Shown piece by piece: positions 30,301-39,044 of a stretch of DNA of 64,000 bases. Below the pieces are notes generated by a model, which saw nothing but the letters and a program-made list of their open reading frames with translations, was not told the DNA's origin and did no database searches. Both the position numbers and the translations under genes were made by a program. The stretch is from Actinomycetota bacterium (GTDB lineage: Bacteria > Actinomycetota > UBA4738): contig JBKPAF010000035.1 in assembly GCA_046726275.1 (NCBI GenBank), positions 30,391 through 94,390 on the forward strand, in the 5' to 3' direction. The first letter of the stretch is position 1. The number at the start of each line of letters is the position of its first letter.

Positions 30301-30547
30301 GGTGCCTCTGGTCGTCGTGGGCGAGATTGCGGGCTTGGAGGTCGTTCATCCCATGGCCCTGGTGGTCATCGGGGGGCTCCTCGCGTCGGCCCTGCTCAAC
30401 TTGTTCGTCCTCCCGGCACTCTACCTTCGGTTCGCGCCCCGACCAGAAGCGGCGATTCCCCTGACATTCGTCGAACCTGTGATCGATCTCACGAAGCACG
30501 AACCGGTGGAGCTCACAGGAAGGAAGGATGGAGATGCGGCACCGTGA
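27353..30547 (+). CDS. RND efflux transporter, HME (CusA/CzcA)-like paralogue 1, with a degenerate proton-relay motif
   Basis: 1064 aa with 12-TM RND architecture. N-terminus is similar to CusA/CzcA. The TM4 motif reads GLVVVVVEAILDVSN rather than G..VDD.IV..EN. Confidence 0.8.
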   Translation: MMRGIIRSSLRARRLMVALAVGLLILGFSQLRGMPRDVLPEFTPPTVEVQTEALGLSAEEVEQFITVPLEQDLLNGVAFLDQIRSASVPGLSSIQMVFEPGTDLLKARQVVQERLSQAQVALPGVQSRPPQMLQPLSSTSRVMLIGLSSADLSTIDMSILARWTITPRLLGVPGVANVAVWGNRDRQLQVLVDPARLRESGVSLQQIVETTANAQFVSPLTFTEASTPGTGGILETPNQRLGVQHRPVFATAADLASVPIEGADDKPLVLGDVAEVVEDHQPLIGDAIGPGLLLVIEKFPAANTVEVTRGVEEALEALRPGLSGVAIDSSIYRAATFVETSSRNLLWALLVGGVLAILLFGALAFEWRTTLIAAISLVVSLAVAVTVLSLTQASLNSMVLAGLTLGLVVVVVEAILDVSNLATRLQGDETVTADRVPATTVLLEAAIEMRSAAAYAALIALVALVPTLFTKGPFGAFFPSIGVSFAVVILASMVVALVVTPALALLMLSKSPESGRRSPILRWVGPRYEEILSRFIGSPRPAYVAAGIVVLAGVLTLPFLERSPVPSFKDTNVLIQLSGAPGTSLQEMDRITARIAEEVRAIPGIDDVGAHAGRAVLSDQVVGSNASEVWVNVAPGADYDAAVGSIQEVIHGYPGLDRRMVTYPQQRIEEVLSGTQSPIEVRVYGPDLDILRTKAEEVRHILATIDGVVDPVVGSSAEEPTVEIEVDLSSAQRYGIKPGDVRRAATTLLSGIRVGSLFEEQKVFEVVVWGTPGVRNDASSINALLIDTPAGRQVRLGDVADVRIAPAPEVIRHDAVSRYVDVSAGVAGRSPGEVTADVERALQRVQFPLEYHVEVLDEFAERRAAGWRVLVLSAFAAIGIFVLLQAAFASWRLSTLAFLMLALGLLGGAIGAWAGGGVVSLGSISGFFAVLWVAARQTIYSIKRYPTRSEEDGERFDRTLIVRSAGECLSPMLISTIAALGAMVPLVVVGEIAGLEVVHPMALVVIGGLLASALLNLFVLPALYLRFAPRPEAAIPLTFVEPVIDLTKHEPVELTGRKDGDAAP

Positions 30548-30971
30548 ACGCCTGTTCTTGGTTGGCCTGGTCATCATCGGCCTTCTCGCGCCGGCATGCC
30601 GTGACGTGTCGGAGAGCGCAAAAACGAAGCCGGAACCCGCCAGGGTGGAGCCGATCGAAGGCACGAAACTCAGTCGGGTGATCCTGACGGAGGAGGCGGC
30701 CCAACGCCTCGACATCCGGACGACCATGGTGAAGGAAACGGGCGTGGGGGGGACCACCTTCGTCCCGTACGGCGCCGTGTTCTACGCCACCACAGGAGAC
30801 ACCTGGACGTACGTAGCCAGCGGACCTCTGACGTTCGTTCGCCGGGCCATCCGCGTGGAACACTTCGTCGTCGACCTCGCCGTGCTGTCGGACGGTCCAC
30901 CTCCGGGCTCCCGCGTCGTCACGGTCGGAGCCGCCGAGCTGTTCGGGATCGAGTCCGGGATAGGACATTGA
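30534..30971 (+). CDS. Small membrane-anchored protein resembling the C-terminal beta-barrel/membrane-proximal part of an RND adaptor (miniature MFP)
   Basis: N-terminal TM/lipo-like anchor (LFLVGLVIIGLLAPAC). The beta-rich C-terminal half (...TFVPYGAVFYATTGDTWTYV...RVEHFVVDLAVLSDGPPPGSRVVTVGAAEL) looks like the C-terminus of an HlyD-family adaptor. Confidence 0.45.
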   Translation: MRHRERLFLVGLVIIGLLAPACRDVSESAKTKPEPARVEPIEGTKLSRVILTEEAAQRLDIRTTMVKETGVGGTTFVPYGAVFYATTGDTWTYVASGPLTFVRRAIRVEHFVVDLAVLSDGPPPGSRVVTVGAAELFGIESGIGH

Positions 30972-30993
30972 ACAGCGAGGCGCATCTGTCGCC

Positions 30994-33900
30994 ATGATGC
31001 GCTGGATCGTCGGGGCGAGCCTCAGGTTCCGGTTCATCGTGCTCGCCATCGCGGGCGCGATGTTGTTCCTCGGCATCGGGCAGCTCCGCCAGATGCCCGT
31101 CGACGTGTTCCCCGAGTTCGCACCTCCACGGGTCGAGATTCAGACGCCCTCTCTCGGACTCAACTCCGCCGAGGTGGAAGCGCTCGTCACGGTCCCGTTG
31201 GAGGAGGCTCTCAATGGGGTGCCGGGTCTGGACGTGATCCGGTCGAAATCCGTTCCCGACCTTTCCTCGATACTCCTCATCTTCAAGCCAGGTACGGACC
31301 TGCTGGCCGCTCGTCAGGTGGTGGCCGAGCGGGTCGACACGGTGACGCCCACCCTGCCGAGCTGGGCAAGCCCCCCGTTCATGATCCAGCCGCTGTCGTC
31401 GACGAGCCGAGTCATGAAGATCGGGCTGGCATCTGAGGAGCTCTCTCTGATCGAGCTGTCGAAGCTCGCCTACTGGAAGATTCGAGCGCGATTGTTACGC
31501 GTGCCCGGCGTGGCCAACGTGCCGATCTGGGGGGAGCGGCTCCCCCAGCGCCAGGTCCAGATCGAGCCTGAACTGCTAGTGCGACACGACGTGACGCTCG
31601 ACCAGGTCATGCGCGCAACAGGGGATTCGCTAGATGCCGGGCTTCTCCGATTCTCCGACGGCGCGGTGATCGGGACCGGAGGGTTCCTCGATACCCCGAA
31701 CCAGCGGCTCTCGATCAGGCACGTCCTGTCCATCCTCTCGCCCGAGGATCTGGCCAAGGTCGTGATCGAGCGAGGGAACGGCGGACCGGTCCTTCTCCGT
31801 GACGTGGCCAGCGTCGTTGAAGAGCACCAACCACTGTTCGGCGACGCCGTGATCAACGACGGGCCTGGTCTCATGCTGATCGTGGAGAAGCTCCCCTGGG
31901 GAAACACGGTGGACATCACCAAGGGCGTGGAGGCTGCGCTGGAGGAGATGCGCCCCGGCCTTCGCGGCATCGAGATCGACTCCACCATCTTCCGGCCGGC
32001 AACCTTCGTGGAGGATGCGATCGACAACCTGTCCGGGTCGCTGCTTCTCGGCGTCCTGCTGATGGTGGTGGTGCTCGGGTCCTTCCTATACGACTGGCGA
32101 AGTGCTCTCATCAGCGCGGTGACGATCCCGCTGTCACTCATCGCTGCGGGACTGGTCCTGGCGTGGCGTGGGGCAACGATCAACACGATGGTTCTGGCGG
32201 GGTTGATCATCGCCCTGGGTGCCGTGGTCGACGATGCCATCGTCGACATCGAGAACATCGTCCGGCGCCTGCGACTGCACCGTCAGGAGAGTACCGACAG
32301 GTCGATCGCGACCACGGCCAGGATCGTCCTCGACGCCTCGCTCGAGGTCCGCGGCGCAGTCGTGTATGCGTCGTTGATCGAGGCTCTGGCCCTGATGCCG
32401 ATCTTCTTTCTGGAAGGCCTGACCGGCTCGTTCTTCCGTCCGTTGGCCTTCGCCTACGCGCTCGCCGTCCTCGTCTCGCTGATCGTCGCGCTGATCTGGA
32501 CGCCGGCGATGGCTCTGATCCTCCTTCGGAAGGCGCCGCTCGAACGCCGGCAGTCCCCGCTCGTGCGGTGGCTTCACCGAGGCTACGACCGGCTCCTTCG
32601 ACCGATCATTCGGGGGCCGCGGCCCGCATATGCAACGGTGGCCGTCCTGATGATCGGTGGCCTCCTCACGATCCCGCTCCTTGGGCAGTCGTTGCTGCCC
32701 GACTTCAGGGAGCGGGACTTTCTCATGCACTGGCTGACTCCACCGGGAACCTCGCTGGAGGAGGAGGTCCGGATCACCACCATGTCGAGTCGTGAGCTCC
32801 GCTCGATCCCTGGGGTCCGCAACTTCGGCGCGCACATCGGACAGGCCCTCCTGGCCGATGAAGTAGTTGGCGTCGACTTCGGCGAGAACTGGATCAGCGT
32901 CGATCCAAACGTCGATTACGACGCCACCGTGGCATCCATCAAGGAGGTCGTCGCGGGGTACCCCGGACTCTACCGGGATGTGCTGACCTATCTGAGGGAA
33001 CGCATCAAGGAGGTCCTGACAGGGGCCTCCGAGACCATCGTCGTGCGCGTCTTCGGGCCAGACCTCGAGATCCTGCGGTCCAAGGCACAGGAGGTGAACG
33101 ACGTCCTGTCCGAGATCGACGGGGTCACCGATGCACACGTCGACCTCGACGTCGAGGTGCCCCAGGTCCAGATCGCCGTCGATCTCGAGGCGGCCAAACG
33201 TCACGGGATCAAGCCCGGGGATGTCCGCCGGGCTGCCGCGGTGATGCTGGCCAGCGAAGAAGTGGGCGACATCTACGTGGAGGGGAAGGCCTATGACGTC
33301 CACGTCTGGAGCACCCCGCAGTCACGGGACAGCCTGAGTGATCTCCAGAGCCTCATGATCGATACGCCTTCCGGTGCCCGGGTGCGCCTGGACGAGGTCG
33401 CCGACCTGAGCATCACCCCGATCCCGAACGTGATTCATCGCGAGTCCCAATCGCGAAGCATCGACATCGGCGCCAACCTGGACGGAACGCGAGATCTCGG
33501 CTCCGTGGTGAATGAGTTCGAGGAGCGACTCGAGGACATCGACTTCCCCCTGCAGTATCACGCCGAGCTGCTGGGCGAGTTCACGGAACGGCAGGCGGCG
33601 CAGCGGCGATTGGTTGGGTTCGCCGTGCTCACCGTCGTGGGGATCCTCCTCATCTTGATGATCTGTCTGGGGAACGTTCGCCTGGCGATCCTGGCGTTCG
33701 TGACTCTGCCGATGGCTCTGATCGGTGGAGTGCTGGCCGCGTTCTTCGGCGGCGGTGTCATCTCGCTGGGCTCTCTCGTCGGGTTCTTCACCGTCCTGGG
33801 CATCGTCGCCCGGAACGGCATCATGATGGTCAGCCACTATCAGTACCTGGAGGAACACGAGGGGGAGGAATTCGGACCAGAACTGGTGGCCAGGGGATCA

Positions 33901-34122
33901 CGGGAACGGCTCGCGCCCATCTTGATGACGGCCCTGACCACCGCCCTGGCTCTGGTTCCCCTGGTGATCCGGGGCGACATCCCCGGTCAAGAGATCGAAT
34001 ATCCAATGGCCCTGGTCATCCTTGGTGGCCTGGTCACCTCGACGATCCTCAATCTCTTCGTCGTCCCTTCCTTGTATCTGCGATTCGGAAAGCGGGTCCA
34101 GCCGATGGCCGGGAGGAGCTGA
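30994..34122 (+). CDS. RND efflux transporter, HME (CusA/CzcA)-like paralogue 2
   Basis: 1042 aa. TM4 carries the canonical motif ALGAVVDDAIVDIENIVRRL. Confidence 0.85.
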   Translation: MMRWIVGASLRFRFIVLAIAGAMLFLGIGQLRQMPVDVFPEFAPPRVEIQTPSLGLNSAEVEALVTVPLEEALNGVPGLDVIRSKSVPDLSSILLIFKPGTDLLAARQVVAERVDTVTPTLPSWASPPFMIQPLSSTSRVMKIGLASEELSLIELSKLAYWKIRARLLRVPGVANVPIWGERLPQRQVQIEPELLVRHDVTLDQVMRATGDSLDAGLLRFSDGAVIGTGGFLDTPNQRLSIRHVLSILSPEDLAKVVIERGNGGPVLLRDVASVVEEHQPLFGDAVINDGPGLMLIVEKLPWGNTVDITKGVEAALEEMRPGLRGIEIDSTIFRPATFVEDAIDNLSGSLLLGVLLMVVVLGSFLYDWRSALISAVTIPLSLIAAGLVLAWRGATINTMVLAGLIIALGAVVDDAIVDIENIVRRLRLHRQESTDRSIATTARIVLDASLEVRGAVVYASLIEALALMPIFFLEGLTGSFFRPLAFAYALAVLVSLIVALIWTPAMALILLRKAPLERRQSPLVRWLHRGYDRLLRPIIRGPRPAYATVAVLMIGGLLTIPLLGQSLLPDFRERDFLMHWLTPPGTSLEEEVRITTMSSRELRSIPGVRNFGAHIGQALLADEVVGVDFGENWISVDPNVDYDATVASIKEVVAGYPGLYRDVLTYLRERIKEVLTGASETIVVRVFGPDLEILRSKAQEVNDVLSEIDGVTDAHVDLDVEVPQVQIAVDLEAAKRHGIKPGDVRRAAAVMLASEEVGDIYVEGKAYDVHVWSTPQSRDSLSDLQSLMIDTPSGARVRLDEVADLSITPIPNVIHRESQSRSIDIGANLDGTRDLGSVVNEFEERLEDIDFPLQYHAELLGEFTERQAAQRRLVGFAVLTVVGILLILMICLGNVRLAILAFVTLPMALIGGVLAAFFGGGVISLGSLVGFFTVLGIVARNGIMMVSHYQYLEEHEGEEFGPELVARGSRERLAPILMTALTTALALVPLVIRGDIPGQEIEYPMALVILGGLVTSTILNLFVVPSLYLRFGKRVQPMAGRS

Positions 34123-34123
34123 G

Positions 34124-35062
34124 ATGCGACGTCTTCAAACCTTTTCACTCGCGGGTGCCGTGTTTCTCGTGCTGTCTGCTTCGGCATGCAGCGGCGATTC
34201 GCCACCCCCGACGAACGGCGGCACGGGCCAGTCGCCCCGCGGCACCGGCCCCGCGGGCTCAGGTGGGATCAACACACACGGGACAATCACGAGGGAGATC
34301 ACGGCGGAGGACTTCGACCCTGACCTCTTCAGCGATCCGACGGTCATCGACAACGCTTGGTTCCCCCTCGAGCCGGGGACGCAGTTCGTCTACGAGGGCC
34401 AGACGGTCGAAGACGGCGAGCGCACCCCTCACCGCGTGGTCTTCACGGTCACCGATCTCACCAAGGTCGTGAACGGGGTCCGAACCCTGGTCGCCTGGGA
34501 CCGTGACTACAGCGCCGGCCACCTGGAGGAGACGGAGCTCGCCTTGTTCGCTCAAGACGACAGCGGGAACGTCTGGCACCTGGGTCAATACCCGGAGGAG
34601 TACGAGGAGGGACGGTTCGTCGCTGCCCCGGCATGGATCGCCGGCCTGGAGGGTGCCAGACCTGGGATCTCCATGAAGGCAACACCGCACTTGGGCGGTT
34701 CGAGTTATTCGCAGGGATATGCCCCTCCTCCTATCGGCTGGGTCGACCACGCGCGGGTCTCCCAGACGGAGGTAGCGACCTGCGTGCCTTTCGGCTGTTT
34801 CCAGGGTGTCCTGGTGACCGAGGAGTTCGAACCGAGCAAGCCAGACGCATACCAGCTCAAGTACTACGCGCCGGGGGTTGGGAACGTGCGCGTCGGGTGG
34901 AAGGGCGCGGGCGAGGATCAAAGGGAGACGCTGGTGCTGGTGAAGGTGATCCAACTCAGAGGCAAAGCTTTGCAGAAAGTCCGGGCGGCCGCCCTGGCCC
35001 TCGAGGAGCGGGCGTATCAGGTCAGCAAGGACGTGTACGGGCGGACCGCTCCAGCGGAGTAA
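34124..35062 (+). CDS. Hypothetical lipoprotein encoded immediately after RND2
   Basis: ATG sits 1 nt after the RND2 stop. Lipobox VLSASAC. No recognisable domain. Confidence 0.55.
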   Translation: MRRLQTFSLAGAVFLVLSASACSGDSPPPTNGGTGQSPRGTGPAGSGGINTHGTITREITAEDFDPDLFSDPTVIDNAWFPLEPGTQFVYEGQTVEDGERTPHRVVFTVTDLTKVVNGVRTLVAWDRDYSAGHLEETELALFAQDDSGNVWHLGQYPEEYEEGRFVAAPAWIAGLEGARPGISMKATPHLGGSSYSQGYAPPPIGWVDHARVSQTEVATCVPFGCFQGVLVTEEFEPSKPDAYQLKYYAPGVGNVRVGWKGAGEDQRETLVLVKVIQLRGKALQKVRAAALALEERAYQVSKDVYGRTAPAE

Positions 35063-35243
35063 CAGCCCGGGTAGCCTCCGGCCCCTTCCGCCCCGAGCAC
35101 CGATCCGTCAGGTCGTCCCAACACGGGTTCTCTCACCGGCCATCACAGAGAGCCGGCAGCTTTCTGGTGAATCCGACCTGACTGATAGGATTTATGGGTG
35201 AACGCCCAGGCATTGCAAACGAACTCTCTGAAGCAGACCTTCG

Positions 35244-36572
35244 ATGGCCACAACTGAGACGAAGACCGGTTTCAATCGAGCTGCGCTGGACGAGATCGTC
35301 CGGCGTGATGAAGACGGTCTCGGGAAGCTTCGCACCCAGGCCTTCGAGCAGTTCGAGGCCATGCCAATGCCTTCGCCCGAGACCGAGGAATGGCGCTACA
35401 CGGACCTTCGGGAGTTTGATCTCAACCGCTTCATCCCATACGCAGCGGAGCCCACGGCCGACACCCTGGACGACGTCAAGCCCGATCTCCTGGAGGCGGC
35501 GGGTGAGGTCGGGGAGCGAAGCGGCCTCGCCATCCAGCACAACTCGACGGTCGTGACCACGCACCTCGATCCGGCGGAAGCCGCGAAGGGCGTCGTGTTC
35601 ACTTCGATTGACGAGGTGGCCGGCACTCGTCCGGACCTGCTGAAAGGACGGCTCCACGAGGCTGTTCCCACCGGCCGGACCAGATTCACCGCCCTCCACG
35701 GCGCGTTTCGAACCGGCGGCTCGTTCGTCCACGTCCCGGCGGGGATCAAGGTCGAGCTTCCCCTCCAGACCCTGACCTACGTCGACCGGGATGGCCTGGC
35801 CGTGTTCCCGCATACCGTCCTCGTTCTGGAGGAGGGCGCCGAGCTCACCTACATCGACCGGTATGTCTCACCGGACCTTACCGAGGTGCTCTCGAACGCC
35901 GTCGTGGAGATCTATGCCGGCCCCAACTCCAAGATCCGCTACGTGGCCCTGCAGGAGTGGGGAGGAGGCGTCACCCACCTCTCGGTCCAGCGGGCCTTCA
36001 TCGATCGCGACGCCGTCCTGCGCTCCCTCGGCGTCGCCTTCGGAGCCAGCCTGGCCAGGGCCGAGGTCGAGAGCGTGCTGGAGGGCGACGGCGGCTCGAG
36101 CGAGATGCTGGGTGTGTACTTCGCCACCGGCACGCAGCACTTCGACCACAGGTCGATCCAGGACCACGTGGGCTCCCAAACCGCGAGCGATCTCCTGTAC
36201 AAGGGTGTCCTGAAGGAGCAATCCAGGACCATCTACTCGGGCACGGTGATCATCCAAAAGGGCGCCCACAAGTGCGACGCCTACCAGACGAACCGGAACA
36301 TCTTGATGTCCGAGAAGGCCAAGGCGGACTCCATCCCCAATCTGGAGATCCTGTCCAACGACCCGGTGCGGTGCGGCCACGCCGCCAGCGTCGGCCCGGT
36401 CGACGAGGACACGCTCTTCTACATCCAGAGCCGGGGCATTCCTTTGGAGGAGGCCCAGAGGCTGGTCGTCTTCGGCTTCCTGCAGGAGGTCCTGGACCGG
36501 GTGACCCTCTCCGAGGTCCGCGAGGGGCTGGAATCGGCCATCGCTCGGGAGATCGAGAGGGAAGAGCGCTGA
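35244..36572 (+). CDS. sufD: Fe-S cluster assembly protein SufD
   Basis: 442 aa with SufD-like beta-helix sequence (GGSFVHVPAGIKVELPLQ ...). Lies between sufB and sufC. Confidence 0.85.
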   Translation: MATTETKTGFNRAALDEIVRRDEDGLGKLRTQAFEQFEAMPMPSPETEEWRYTDLREFDLNRFIPYAAEPTADTLDDVKPDLLEAAGEVGERSGLAIQHNSTVVTTHLDPAEAAKGVVFTSIDEVAGTRPDLLKGRLHEAVPTGRTRFTALHGAFRTGGSFVHVPAGIKVELPLQTLTYVDRDGLAVFPHTVLVLEEGAELTYIDRYVSPDLTEVLSNAVVEIYAGPNSKIRYVALQEWGGGVTHLSVQRAFIDRDAVLRSLGVAFGASLARAEVESVLEGDGGSSEMLGVYFATGTQHFDHRSIQDHVGSQTASDLLYKGVLKEQSRTIYSGTVIIQKGAHKCDAYQTNRNILMSEKAKADSIPNLEILSNDPVRCGHAASVGPVDEDTLFYIQSRGIPLEEAQRLVVFGFLQEVLDRVTLSEVREGLESAIAREIEREER

Positions 36573-36889
36573 TGTTGATCGACGTGGCGAGCACGGCGGA
36601 CATCCCTGAAGGCGAGGCCCGCCGTTTCGTGGTGAACAGGATCGAGATCGCCGTCGCCAACCTAGGCAACGGGACCTTCCTGGCGGTGGACGACATCTGC
36701 TCGCACGCCGAGTCATCCCTCTCGGAGGGCGAAGTAGACGTGGAGGACGAAACGATCGAATGCCCGCGGCACGGGTCGGTGTTCGATCTGCGGACGGGGC
36801 TGCCGAAATCGCTGCCGGCCACCATCCCCATCCCCACGTTCCCGGTGAAGGTCGACGGCGACCGCATCCTGATCGAATTGGAGGACTGA
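36572..36889 (+). CDS. Rieske [2Fe-2S] ferredoxin-like protein
   Basis: Cluster-binding motifs CSHAE ... CPRHGS. ATG overlaps the sufD stop (ATGA). Confidence 0.8.
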   Translation: MLIDVASTADIPEGEARRFVVNRIEIAVANLGNGTFLAVDDICSHAESSLSEGEVDVEDETIECPRHGSVFDLRTGLPKSLPATIPIPTFPVKVDGDRILIELED

Positions 36890-36895
36890 ACACCC

Positions 36896-37753
36896 ATGGC
36901 GCAGACGGTGACTGAGACGGCTTCGAAGACCGCCACGTTGGAGGTCGAGGACCTCCACGTCGAGGTCGAGGGAAAGGAGATCCTGAAGGGGATCGACCTG
37001 ACGGTTCGCCAGGGCGAGGTCCACGCCCTCATGGGCCCGAACGGCTCGGGGAAGTCGACCCTCGCCCAGGTGCTGATGGGCCGGACGACCTATGCCATCA
37101 CCCAGGGCGCCATCCGGTTTCGCGGCGAGGACATCACCAAATGGACCGCGGACAAGCGGGCCCAGCACGGCCTGTTCCTGGCGTTCCAGTACCCGACCGA
37201 GATCCCCGGTGTCTCCGTGGTCAACTTCCTGCGGTCGGCGTACAAGGCGGCCAAGGGAGAGCAGATCTCCGCATTGGCCTTTCGGAAGCGGCTCAAGGAG
37301 AAGATGAACCTGCTCGGTGTGGAGGACCAGATGGTTGCCAGGTACGTCAACCAAGGATTCTCCGGCGGGGAGAAGAAGAAGAACGAGGTATTGCAGCTTG
37401 CCGTCCTGGAGCCCGACATCGCCATCCTCGACGAGACGGACTCCGGTCTGGACATCGACTCCCTGAAGGCGGTGGCCACGGGGATCCAGCAGCTGATCGG
37501 CCCGGACCTGGGCGTCTTGCTCATCACGCACTACCAGCGCATCCTGAACTACATCACACCGGACAGGATCCACGTCATGATGGAGGGGAAGATCGTGCTC
37601 TCCGGTGGCCCCGAGCTGGCTCACGAGCTGGAGCGGAAAGGATACGAGGGGCTGCGAAAGGATCTGGGCCTGGAGGAGTCGCCGGTGGATCGGGGCTCAA
37701 GCGGCGAAGCGGTAGCCCCTCGGGGCTCAAGCAGCGAAGCGGTAGCCCCCTAA
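36896..37753 (+). CDS. sufC: Fe-S assembly ATPase SufC, with a duplicated C-terminal tail
   Basis: Walker A GPNGSGKST, signature FSGGEKKKNE, Walker B ILDETDSGLD. The C-terminus carries a tandem repeat RGSSGEAVAP / RGSSSEAVAP. Confidence 0.9.
   Translation: MAQTVTETASKTATLEVEDLHVEVEGKEILKGIDLTVRQGEVHALMGPNGSGKSTLAQVLMGRTTYAITQGAIRFRGEDITKWTADKRAQHGLFLAFQYPTEIPGVSVVNFLRSAYKAAKGEQISALAFRKRLKEKMNLLGVEDQMVARYVNQGFSGGEKKKNEVLQLAVLEPDIAILDETDSGLDIDSLKAVATGIQQLIGPDLGVLLITHYQRILNYITPDRIHVMMEGKIVLSGGPELAHELERKGYEGLRKDLGLEESPVDRGSSGEAVAPRGSSSEAVAP
37691..37750. repeat. 30-bp perfect-frame tandem duplication (2 mismatches) at the 3' end of sufC
   Basis: The units cggggctcaagcggcgaagcggtagcccct and cggggctcaagcagcgaagcggtagccccc are directly adjacent. 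Confidence 0.85.
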
Positions 37754-37781
37754 GAGCGGAGCCCCACGGCGGGATGAGGAA

Positions 37782-39044
37782 GTGACGCAGATGGCACGGA
37801 TCGTGGATCCCAAAGCGGAGGCGCTGGACGTCGAGCGGATCCGCAAGGACTTTCCCATCCTGGAGCGGACGGCCCACGGCCAGCCGCTGGTCTATCTGGA
37901 CAGCGCCAACACCAGCCAGAAGCCACGCCAGGTGATCGACGCCGTCACCGACTATTACGAGCGACACAACGCCAACCTGTACCGGGCCGTCTACGAGCTC
38001 GCCGAGGAGGCCACCGCAGCCTTCGAGGACGCCCGGGCCCGATTGGCCCGGTTCATCGGCGCCCCCGATCCCTCCACCATCGTCTTCAACCGAGGGACCA
38101 CCGAGTCGGTGAACCTGGTGGCCCACGGCTTCGGCCGGAAGTTCGTGCGTGAGGGGGACGAGATCCTCGTCTCCGAGGTCGAGCACCATTCGAACATCGT
38201 CCCCTGGCAGTTCTGCGCCCAGGCCACCGGAGCCAGGCTCCGGTACATCCCTCTCGGGGACGACGGCACACTGGACCTGAGCGCCCTCGACACCCTGATC
38301 ACCGAACGGACCCGGGTGGTGGCGGTCACGGGGCAGTCGAACGTGATCGGGACCCTTCCGCCCCTGGAGCGGCTGGCCGAGGCGGCTCACGCGGTGGGGG
38401 CGGTGATCCTGGTCGACGGGGCTCAGCTCGTGCCCCACAACCCGGTCGACGTCGGCGCGCTGGACATCGACTTCATGACGATCTCGGGGCACAAGATGCT
38501 CGGGCCGACCGCTTCCGGCGGCTTGTACGGGAAACGGGAGCTGCTGGAACGCATGGACCCCTTCCTGGGGGGCGGCGAGATGATCATGGAGGTCTTCCCG
38601 GATCGCTCGACGTACAAGGACCCGCCGCACAAGTTCGAGGCCGGGACCATGAACATCGCCCAGGAGATCGGCTTGGTCGCCGCCATCGACTATCTCGAGG
38701 CACTGGGCATGGAAGCCGTGCGGGAACACGAGAAAGAGCTGTCCCGATACGCGATCGAACGGCTCACCGAGGCCGGAGCCAAGGTGTTCGGACCGGCCGA
38801 CGTGGAGTTGCGGGGCGGGGCGGTCTCGTTCTGGTACAAAGACATCCACCCGCACGACCTGGCCCAGGTGCTGGACCAGGACGGCGTCTGCGTCCGCCCG
38901 GGGCACCACTGCGCGCAGGTCCTGATGCGGCGACTTGGCGTTCCGGCCACCACCCGGGCATCCTTCTACGTGTACAACACCCCCGACGAGGTGGACGCCC
39001 TGGTGGCGGCCCTGGACAAGGCGAGGGTCATCTTTGGCGCTTGA
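37782..39044 (+). CDS. sufS: Cysteine desulfurase SufS (class V aminotransferase)
   Basis: PLP-Lys region ISGHKMLGPT. Active-site Cys loop RPGHHCAQ. Confidence 0.9.
   Translation: MTQMARIVDPKAEALDVERIRKDFPILERTAHGQPLVYLDSANTSQKPRQVIDAVTDYYERHNANLYRAVYELAEEATAAFEDARARLARFIGAPDPSTIVFNRGTTESVNLVAHGFGRKFVREGDEILVSEVEHHSNIVPWQFCAQATGARLRYIPLGDDGTLDLSALDTLITERTRVVAVTGQSNVIGTLPPLERLAEAAHAVGAVILVDGAQLVPHNPVDVGALDIDFMTISGHKMLGPTASGGLYGKRELLERMDPFLGGGEMIMEVFPDRSTYKDPPHKFEAGTMNIAQEIGLVAAIDYLEALGMEAVREHEKELSRYAIERLTEAGAKVFGPADVELRGGAVSFWYKDIHPHDLAQVLDQDGVCVRPGHHCAQVLMRRLGVPATTRASFYVYNTPDEVDALVAALDKARVIFGA

Noticed and set aside
35868-36893. 341-aa minus-strand ORF antisense to sufD/Rieske
   Set aside because: Pro/Arg-rich low-complexity translation. 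sufD and the Rieske protein are conserved on the plus strand.
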